Positions 52,346 through 61,933 of a stretch of DNA of 64,000 nucleotides are shown here, one piece after another. Under the pieces are notes generated by a model. It made no database searches. It worked only from the letters and a program-made list of their open reading frames with translations, and was not told the DNA's origin. The stretch is from Eledone cirrhosa (lineage: Eukaryota): NCBI GenBank assembly GCA_964016885.1, contig OZ024740.1, forward strand, positions 3,038,001-3,102,000, read 5' to 3'. Each line of letters starts with the position of its first letter. Positions within the stretch are counted from its first letter, which is position 1. A program made the translations under genes and the position numbers.

Positions 52346-52701
52346 AGGTGTCACGACAAAAAAACACACAGTCCATGCTGTAAATGTGGCCGTGTAGGCA
52401 ACACGGTAAAAACCTTCCAGTCCCACACTGTAAATGTGGTTGGTGTTAGGAAGGGCATCCAGCTGTAGAAAACCCGCCAGACAGTCCACGCTGTAATGTG
52501 GCCGTGTAGGCAACACGGTAAAAACCTCCCAGCCCCACACTGTAAATGTGGTTGGAAGGGCATCCAACTGTAGAAAACCCGCCAGACAGTCCTATGCGAG
52601 CAAGACAACCACTCTTGCCTCAAGTGGGAAAACCCCCGTCCAAACCCATGCAAGCGTGGAACACGGACGCTAAACCTGATGATGATGATGATGATGATGA
52701 T
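52342..52701 (+). mobile_element. RTE 3'UTR (family A) with internal ~113-bp tandem duplication
   Basis: Matches 59452-59817, including the duplication. Confidence 0.88.
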
Positions 52702-53042
52702 GTCTTTTTCGTTTGATCACACGCTCTTGAACCTAAGTACCTAAGTTCTGTTACCGCTGTGATCTTGGATTCTCTCTCCAGTTGCTGCACATTCTTCGGT
52801 TTGTTGTTTTTTTCGCTGTTTTCTCTTTTCCCCTTTTCCCTTCTATTTTATTTCCCTCTCTCCTCCATTTTCCCAATAACTTATCCAGTTATTGAACACA
52901 CGGGGGGGGGGGGGGGGATAGATATATTGTCTTTAAAGAATTGAAATATCTGAGACGCCCAGGAGACAACTGATGAGGAACCCCCCCCCCCCGTTCTTGC
53001 TTTCTTCTTACTCTCATTCCATTTTTAAGCCTATATATATAT

Positions 53043-53073
<31 letters not shown>

Positions 53074-53274
53074 ATAAATGAAGAATTAGAAATAGAAGCC
53101 AGGAATATCCTTCATCACTGGTCTACTAGCCATCATAGGTATTTCTTCGCATTACACACACACACACACAATATCCTTTTAAAAAAAACCCCGTATTTCT
53201 TTTCTTTTTTTTCTTTCTTTCCCCCCATATATTTCTCTGACCAAGTTTTGATCCCATCACACTTACAATAAAAC

Positions 53275-53440
53275 ACACACACACACATGTGTATGTGTGT
53301 GTATGTACCTACACGCACACACACATGTGTATGTGTGTGTATGTACCTACACGCACACACACATGTGTATGTGTGTACCTACACGCACATACACAGACAC
53401 ATGCACACACAGACACATACACACACAGACACGTGCACAC
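53275..53440. repeat. (CA)/(GT)-rich 38-bp tandem repeat (~2.5 copies) and simple repeats
   Basis: CACACACACATGTGTATGTGTGTGTATGTACCTACACG repeated. Confidence 0.8.
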
Positions 53441-53684
53441 ATATATTTATAGATACACACTCCAACATACACACTCATACTCTCTAAAATGATATTCCAA
53501 AAATAATATCTCTTTTACAACCCTACTTTTGAAAATCCCATTTACCTCTCACATCTATAGAATTTGTCTCTAGCTTTCATTTCCCCTCCTCGCCACCCCC
53601 ATCTGAACTCTTGACCAGTCCTTACACACACATATATATAGAAAATTTCCCTCTCCCTAAAAGTAATTTTGTTCTGTGAAAAGA

Positions 53685-53722
<38 letters not shown>

Positions 53723-54089
53723 TGACTACCTCTCCCCATATAAGATTCCATTTTAGATCCAGTCTTCTTCTCAACAAGAAAGATGAACAAACCTGCCTCA
53801 ACACTTAATTTTAAATCTTTAATTTTTAATTCTTTTTAATTTGAGATGGATTACACTGATACATCGAAACCGGTTATATTTTATATATTTTATATACATT
53901 ATAAAACTCCTTTTTTAAAAAAAAATTGTTCTTCTCATTTTTTCAATAATGTCACTTTCACAAATCAAAGAAAAAAAAAAAAGAAAAACAGATCCTTTAA
54001 ATATATTTTCCGTGCTATTTCCAATTCCACTTTTTCTCTATAACTTCTGTTTTGTATAAAACCTTACTCCTTTTTTCAAATATATATAT

Positions 54090-55766
54090 AGGAAACTATA
54101 GAGGTATAAAACTGATGGACCAAGTAATGAAAGTAACAGAAAGAGTTATAGCACAGTTGATTAGGGACCAGGTGAAACTAAATGAAATGCAGTTTAGGTT
54201 TGTGCCAGGAAGAGGCACCACTGATGCTCTCTTCCTTGTGAGTCAGTTACAGGAAAAGTACCTAGATAAAAGTAAGCCGCTCTAGCTGGCATTTGTCGAT
54301 CTGGAAAAAGACTTCAACAGAGTGCCCTGGGCTATAATCTGGTGGACTCTTAGAAAACTAGGAGTCGATGAGTGGCTTGTGAAAGCCGTACAAGGGGAGC
54401 AGTCAGCAAAGTTAGGGTTAACAATGACTATAGCGAGGAATTTAGCATACAGGTTGGTGTCTGTTCTTAGCCCTCTCCTGTTTATTATCGTATTGCAGGC
54501 TATAATAGAGGAGTTTAAGACCAGAGGCCCATGGGAACTCCGTATGCAGATGATCTTACACTTATAGCTGAATCTATTGCAGAACTAAAGAAGAAATTCC
54601 AAACATGGAAGCAGGGACTAGAAAGAAAGGGTCTCAAAGTCAACCTGACAAAGACTAAGGTCCTTGTAAGTAGACGAGAAAACAGAACCCAGATCCCCTC
54701 AGGGAAATGGCCCTGCTCAGTATGTATGAAAGGTGTAGGTAAGAACTCCATTCACTGCCCCAAATCCAAACTATGGGTAGACAAGAGATGTAATGGGATC
54801 TTAGGAAACTTAGTTAGGAATGTAGTCTTCACATGTAGCAGCTGCACCGGGACAGCAAGCAGTAAATGGCCACAGGAAACAAGCACCACCAAACTGTGGG
54901 AGGGCTCTGTATAAACAGTAGACAGCTTCTGCTACCTAGGTGACCAAATTAGCAGCAAAGGTGGGTGTTATGAAAGTACAGTAACCAGGCTTTTCCCTGA
55001 AAATGAAAGGCAGACTGTATGATGCATGCATATGAACAGCAATGTTACATGGTAGTGAGACTTGGGCATTGTGTGTAGAAGACTTGCATAGATTAGAAAG
55101 AAACGAAGCCTGCATGCTCCGATGGATGTGTAATAGTAATATATGTGAACGGCAAAGCATAAACGAATTGAGAGAGAGACTGAGCATAAGAGGAATGAAA
55201 TGCTGTGTGCAGGAGAGGAGGTTGCATTGGTATTGACATGGGATGCATATGAAGGATGACAGCTGCATAAAAAGGTGCAGACCACTAGAAGTCAATGGAA
55301 ACTGCAGAGTGCGGAGACCCAAGAAGACCTGGCATGAGGTGATAAAAGCTGACCTTGCCCAATTACACCTCTCAAAGGCAATGACACAGGACCGTGACCT
55401 CTGGCATCACACAGTAATACAGAAGACACAACTTCCCATGGGTACAAGTTGAAGCTGAAGCATATAGACAATATGCCTCCACACCCTCCCACTGTTAGGT
55501 GGTCGTGGAGGTGCCACGGCAAAAAAGCACCCAGCCACACTGTAATGTAGGCACCATGGCTATAAAGCACGCAACAGTCACTGTAAATGAGGTTGGTGTT
55601 AGAAAAGGCATCCAGCTGTAGAAATCGAGCCAGAATCAGTTCCCGTATGAGCAAGACAGGGTCAGCCGACCGGACACTGCCCACAACAGGACAAATCATC
55701 TAACCCATACAAGTGTGGAAGAACGGATGTAAAACGGTGGTGATGATGTTGATGATGATGATGATG
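54090..55766 (+). mobile_element. RTE LINE (family B), degenerate
   Basis: GNYRGIKLMDQVMKVTERV, GRGTTDALF, YADDL, WPCSVCMKGVGKNSIHC, MLHGSETW, distinct 3'UTR, (GAT)n tail. Confidence 0.92.
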
Positions 55767-55842
55767 TATATATATATATATATATAGAGAGAGAGTATAG
55801 GGTAATCCAGAATTAACTGAATATGGCCTCCAATCTTTTATT

Positions 55843-55906
<64 letters not shown>

Positions 55907-56075
55907 GGAGGTGAGTTTTATTGTCGCACAATAATAACACATTTTAATAAATTCCTTTTCGCACATCTTATTAAACCCTTAAATAAATAGTATTCTTAAT
56001 TCCTTTTTCTTTAATCATAAATATCACCATTCATAAACCTCATTAACTTTTAATTTCTTAATTTTTTAAAAATTA

Positions 56076-57660
56076 GAAGTACCTAGCTAAAAGTGAACAC
56101 CTATACTTAGCTTTTGTTGACTTGGAGAAAGCCTTCGACAGAGTCCCCTGTTCCATTATCTGGTGGGCTCTTAGAAAACTAGGTGTTGACGAATGGCTTG
56201 TGAGAGCTATACAAGCCATGTATAAAGAAACAGTCAGCAAGGTTAGAATTAACAACTAATATAGTGAAGAGTTTAGCGTAAAAGTTGGTGTCCATCAGGG
56301 CTCTGTTCTTAGCCCCCTACTATTTATTATTGCCCTTCAGGCTATAACAGCGGAGTTCAAGACCGGCTGCCCATGGGAACTCCTATACGCAGATGATCTA
56401 ATGATCATAGCTGAATCAATGACCGAACTAGAGAAGAAATTCCAAACATGGAAGCACGGCCTAGAATCAAAAGGCCTTAAAATTAACCTGGCTAAGACTA
56501 AAGTTCTAGTTTGTAGGAAAGAAAATAAGGCGGCGGTCCCTTCCGGGAAATGGCCATGCTCAGTGTGTAGGAAAGGCGTAGGTAGAAACTCCATTTTATG
56601 TCCCAAATGCAAAGTATGGGTGCATAAAAGATGTAGTGGGATCACAGGTAAGCTAACTAAGAACATAGATTTTACATGTGGCCGGTGCTCTGGTGCAATA
56701 AGTAGCAGCAAGTGCCCACAAAATACTAGCTCTTTCAATTGCGCAGAGGGTTCTATAGAAATAGTGGACAGCTTCCATTACCTGGGTGACAAAATCAGCA
56801 GTGGGGGAGGATGCTCTGAAAGTACAGTAGCTAGAGTCAGAACTGGATGGAAAAAGTTCAGAGAGCTTATACCACTATTAGCCGCTAAAGGGTTCTCCCT
56901 AAAAATGAAAGGCAGGTTATACGATGCCTGCATACGAACAGCAATGCTGCATGGCAGTGAGACCTGGGCATTGTGTGCAGAGGATATACGCAGACTAGAG
57001 AGGAACGAAGCTTGCATGCTCCGCTGGATGTGCAATAGTAATATACGTGAACGGCAAAGCATAAACGAACTAAGGAAAAAATTAGAAATAAGAGGGATCA
57101 GATGTTGCTTACTCGAGAGAAGGCTACGTTGGTATGGTCACGTGATGCGCATGAAAGACGACAGCTGTATAACAAAGTGCAGGGCAATAAAGATAGACGG
57201 TAGCCACGGAGTAGGCAGACCCAGAAAAACCTGGGACGACATGATAAATTCCGACCTCACATGCTTACACCTCTCCAAGACAATGTCACTGGACCGAGAC
57301 CTTTGGCGGTACTCAGTAATAGAGAAGACCCGCCTTACCTAAATACAAAGTAAACCTACTACAGTCAGTAGGCATCTCTATCAACCAGGCCGAAACAAAT
57401 GAGATCGTGTAGGTGTCACGACAAAAAAACACACAGTCCAAGCTGTAAATGTGGCCGTGTAGGCAACACGGTAAAAACCTCCCAGACCCACACTGTAAAT
57501 GTGGTTGGTGTTAGGAAGGGCATCCAGCTGTAGAAAACCCGCCAGACAGTCCTATGTGAGCAAGACAACCACTCTTGCCTCAAGTGGGAAAACCCCCGTC
57601 CAAACCCATGCAAGCGTGGAACACGGACGCTAAACCTTGATGATGATGATGATGATGATG
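56076..57660 (+). mobile_element. RTE LINE (family A), 5'-truncated, young
   Basis: AFVDLEKAFDRVP, one stop near 56257, then open to 57342; 3'UTR with a deletion; (GAT)n. Confidence 0.95.
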
Positions 57661-57693
57661 AATGGTATTAGAATGAAATAGTATGGTAGAATA

Positions 57694-57732
57694 TGAACCT
57701 GAAGATTGCGAAAGCATGAAAGTACTTGTTCA
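57694..57732 (+). ncRNA. Candidate minimal type-I hammerhead ribozyme (Penelope-type)
   Basis: UGAAC-CUGAAGA-U-UGC-GAAA-GCA-U-GAAA-GUAC-UU-GUUCA: both conserved boxes, stem I UGAAC/GUUCA, stem II, palindromic stem III AGUACU. Confidence 0.65.
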
Positions 57733-57871
57733 ATTAACACTTAACATTTAATATTCTACCATACTATTTCATTCTAATACCATTATAAATTTTAAAGGAT
57801 TGTAAATAAAATGAGTAAATCAGACAAAGTTGCAATTCCTTTTATTAATATATATATATATATATATATAT

Positions 57872-60472
57872 ATCATCATCATCATCATCATCAACGTTTA
57901 ACGTCCGTGTTCCACGCTTGCATGGGTTTGGACGGGGGTATTCCCACTTGAGGCAAGAGTGATTGTCTTGCTCGCATAGGACTGTCTGGCAGGTTTTCTA
58001 CAGTTGGATGCCCTTCCTAACACCAACCACATTTACAGTGTGGGTCTGGGAGGTTTTTACTGTGTTGCTTACACGGCCACATTACAGCGTGGACTGTGCG
58101 TTTTTTTGTCGTGACACCTACACGATCTCATTTGTTTCGGCCTGGATGGTGTGGCACCAACATAACTTTACATAGAAGGGGGCGGTGTGGATGGGGTGGG
58201 GGTGGTGGGACGGGGGTGTATTTTGTTAGAGAAGAGTTTAGCGTAAAAGTTGGTGTCCATCAGGGCTCTGTTCTTAGCCCCCTACTATTTATTATTGCCC
58301 TTCAGGCTATAACAGAGGAGTTCAAGACCGGCTGCCCATGGGAACTCCTATACGCAGATGATCTAACGCTCATAGCTGAATCAATGACCGAACTAGAGAA
58401 GAAATTCCAAACGTGGAAGCACGGCCTAGAATCAAAAGGCCTTAAAATTAACCTGGCTAAGACTAAAGTTCTAGTTTGTAGGAAAGAAAATAAGGCGGCG
58501 GTCCCATCGGGGAAATGGCCATGCTCAGTGTGTAGGAAAGGCGTAGGTAGAAACTCCATTTTATGTCCCAAATGCAAAGTATGGGTGCATAAAAGATGTA
58601 GTGGGATCACAGGTAAGCTAACTAAGAACATAGATTTTACATGTGGCCGGTGCTCTGGTGCAATAAGTAGCAGCAAGTGCCCACAAAATACTAGCTCCTT
58701 CAACTGCGCAGAGGGTTCTATAGAAATAGTGGACAGCTTCCGTTATCTGGGTGACAAAATCAGCAGTGGGGGAGGGTGCTCTGAAAGTACAGTAGCTAGA
58801 GTCAGAACTGGATGGAAAAAGTTCAGAGAGCTTATACCACTATTAGCCGCTAGAGGGTTCTCCCTAAAAATGAAAGGCAGGTTATACGATGCCTGCATAC
58901 GAACAGCAATGCTGCATGGCAGTGAGACCTGGGCATTGTGTGCAGAGGATATACGCAGACTAGAGAGGAACGAAGCTTGCATGCTCCGCTGGATGTGCAA
59001 TAGTAATATACGTGAACGGCAAAGCATAAACGAACTAAGGAAAAAATTAGAAATAAGAGGGATCAGATGTTGTTTACTCGAGAGAAGGCTACGTTGGTAC
59101 GGTCACGTGATGCGCATGAAAGACGACAGCTGTATAACAAAGTGCAGGGCAATAAAGATAGACGGTAGCCACGGAGTAGGCAGACCCAGAAAAACATGGG
59201 ACGAGCTGATAAATTCCGACCTCACATGCTTACACCTCTCCAAGACAATGTCACTGGACCGAGACCTTTGGCGGTACTCAGTAATAGAGAAGACCCGCCT
59301 TACCTAAATACAAAGTAAAAACCTACTACAGTCAGTAGGCATCTCTATCAAAACACACCCCCGTCCCACCACCCTCCACCCCACCCACACCGCCCCTTTC
59401 AATGTAAAGTTATGTTGGTCCCACAACATCCAGGCCGAAACAAATGAGATCGTGTAGGTGTCACGACAAAAAACACACAGTCCACGCTGTAAATGTGGCC
59501 GTGTAGGCAACACGGTAAAAACCTCCCAGCCCCACACTGTAAATGTGGTTGGTGTTAGGAAGGGCATCCAGCTGTAGAAAACCCGCCAGACAGTCCACGC
59601 TGTAATGTGGCCGTGTAGGCAACACGGTAAAAACCTCCCAGCCCCACACTGTAAATGTGGTTGGTGTTAGGAAGGGCATCCAACTGTAGAAAACCCGCCA
59701 GACAGTCCTATGCGAGCAAGACAACCACTCTTGCCTCAAGTGGGAAAACCCCCGTCCAAACCCATGCAAGCGTGGAACACGGACGCTAAACCTGATGATG
59801 ATGATGATGATGATGATGCCTACTGACTGTAGTAGGTTTTACTTTGTATTTAGGTAAGGCGGGTCTTCTCTATTACTGAGTACCGCCAAAGGTCTCGGTC
59901 CAGTGACATTGTCTTGGTGAGGTGTAAGTGTGTGAGGTCGGAGTTTATCAGCTCGTCCCAGGTTTTTCTGGGTCTGCCTATTCCGTGGCTACCGTCTATC
60001 TTTATTGCCCTGCACTTTGTTATACAGCTATCGTCCTTCATGCGCATCACGCGACCATACCAACGTAGCCTTCTCTCTAGTAAACAACATCTGATCCCTC
60101 TTATTTCTAATTTTTTCCTTAGTTCGTTTATGCTTTGTCGTTCACGTATATTACTATTACACATCCAGCGGAGCATGCAAGCTTCGTTTCTCTCTAGTCT
60201 GCGTATATCCTCTGCACACAATGCCCAGGTCTCACTGCCATGCAACATTGCTGTTCGTATGCAGGCATCGTACAGCCTGCCTTTCATTTTTAGGGAGAAC
60301 CCTTTAGCGGCTAATAGTGGTATAAGCTCTCTGAACTTTTTCCACCCAGTTCTGACTCTAGCTACTGTACTTTCAGAGCACCCTCCCCCACTGCTGATTT
60401 TGTCACCCAGGTAACGGAAGCTGTCCACTATTTCTATAGAACCCTCTGCGCAGTTGAAAGAGCTAGTATTTT
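57872..60472 (-). mobile_element. RTE LINE (family A), minus-strand copy split in two (57872-58231 and 59816-60472) by a nested plus-strand copy
   Basis: Joining ...TTTTGTTAGAGA with TGCCTACTGACTG... restores the sequence seen uninterrupted at 31145-31170. Confidence 0.88.
58231..59817 (+). mobile_element. RTE LINE (family A), 5'-truncated, ORF open from 58231 to 59307
   Basis: [30 protein letters not shown]-like finger..FRYLG..GRPRKTW; complete 3'UTR and (GAT)n. Confidence 0.96.
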
Positions 60473-60880
60473 ATATATATATATATATATACAGGATAAC
60501 AAGGTATTGTTTAAGGTAATCCAGTTAGAGGTTGTGAGTACTCTGTGTTGTGGATAGTTCTAACATACGGCGTTGTTTGACTCAACAAGGATTTTGCTTA
60601 GTCAGGTGGCCTGTTTAAGAAAGTTCCTAGGCAGGTGGTTCTTGGAGTAATAATAGTAACAGAATGAAGAATAACATGGTCGGCTGTACAATAGGGTTTA
60701 TTTACAGTATTAACAAATGTTTCTTTAGTCAGGTGTGTCTAAAAACCGCTGATCATTAGAAGTTATGTCACTCGACCTTAATTACAGTCCATACCTGATC
60801 AAATCGTCAGAATATTGGTGTGTATATAATACAGGGCACTGGTATTTATAGATACATCGGAGAACAACATCAATGACAAC

Positions 60881-61078
60881 AATAATAATAATTGTTTCTA
60901 CTTTTGGCACAAGGCCAGCAAATACTCAGTGTATTACTGGTACTTTATTTTATCGACCTCGTAAGGATGAAAGGCAAAGTTAACCTCGGCGGGATTTGAA
61001 CTCAGACTGTAAAGGGATGTAACTATGCTAGAAAGCATGGCGTCTGACCCTCTACCGATACTGCCAATCCACCGCCCT
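60881..61078 (-). mobile_element. Solo tRNA-derived SINE, parent of the 45-bp satellite
   Basis: Reverse complement: GGCGGTGGATTGGCAGTATCGGTAGAGGGTCAGACGCCATGC (A-box head) .. GAGTTCAAATCC (B box) .. GGCCTTGTGCCAAAAGTAGAAACAATT(ATT)n. Confidence 0.9.
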
Positions 61079-61484
61079 GTATAATAATAATAATTATTAT
61101 TATTATTAGGGAAGAAAACGCACATGGTGGATATATATCGTTATGGAATCGCTCCCGTAAGTTTTTGATTTTTACTTATTTAAAACAAATGTGATAGAAT
61201 AATTCTTATTACAAATGAAATATAAGATTACAGTTTTACCCTCAGCAGGCAACAACGCATCACATTACGGCATAGGGCCCCAATATATAATATTTAATTT
61301 TGCATCATAAATGTTATAGTCGAAAAAGAGAAAATGGCTAAGTGGACAGACAGGCAAATAATTTCACCACCAACACCACCACCACCACCATCACCACTAC
61401 CACACCAAAAACTCTAGTCAAGTTACTCCAACTTCTATTTCTACTTCAACTTCAACACCATCACTACAGTACTACGATCACATC

Positions 61485-61627
61485 ACCGCCACCACTGCCT
61501 CATTATCGCTGCCGCCGCTATTCTCTCCCACTGCCTCCTGCTAAGTACTACTAGCACAGCACCACCACCACCACCACTGCCTCATTATCGCTACCGCCAC
61601 TATTCTCTCCCACTACCTCCTGCTAAG
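61485..61627. repeat. ~60-bp direct repeat x2 in (CCA)n-rich low-complexity sequence
   Basis: CCACCACTGCCTCATTATCGCT.CCGCC.CTATTCTCTCCCACT.CCTCCTGCTAAG occurs twice. Confidence 0.85.
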
Positions 61628-61933
61628 ACAGGCATCATAGTACTCCCACTAAATGAGGAAGGCATCAAAAGATATAAATAGACTGATTTGATGACCCGGT
61701 CAAAAAATCAAAAAATCAAAAATCAAAATCAAAACAGCACAGCAGCAATGAAAAACGTAAAGAAAAGAAAAAAAGAAAAGAAAAACAAACAGACAGACAG
61801 ACAAGAAAAAAAAAAAACTAAGTCAGACATTCAAACATTACATTACAATGAAACTTATGCTTACTTTTTTGGGTTTTTACCTATTTGTTTGTTTGTTTAT
61901 TTATGTTCGTCTACAGCATAATAGTGCCACACT

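Noticed and set aside
52720-52800. Minus-strand ..TELRYLG.. suggesting another LINE fragment
   Set aside because: Too short to support without a search.
53850-53880. CTGATACATCGAAACCGGTT as a second hammerhead (also CTGATGAGG near 52970)
   Set aside because: Core box incomplete, or no stem II/GAAA partner; at best decayed remnants.
58096-58230. N-terminus of the 403-aa ORF as a novel RT extension
   Set aside because: It is antisense 3'UTR of the host RTE copy, fused by chance at the nested insertion junction.
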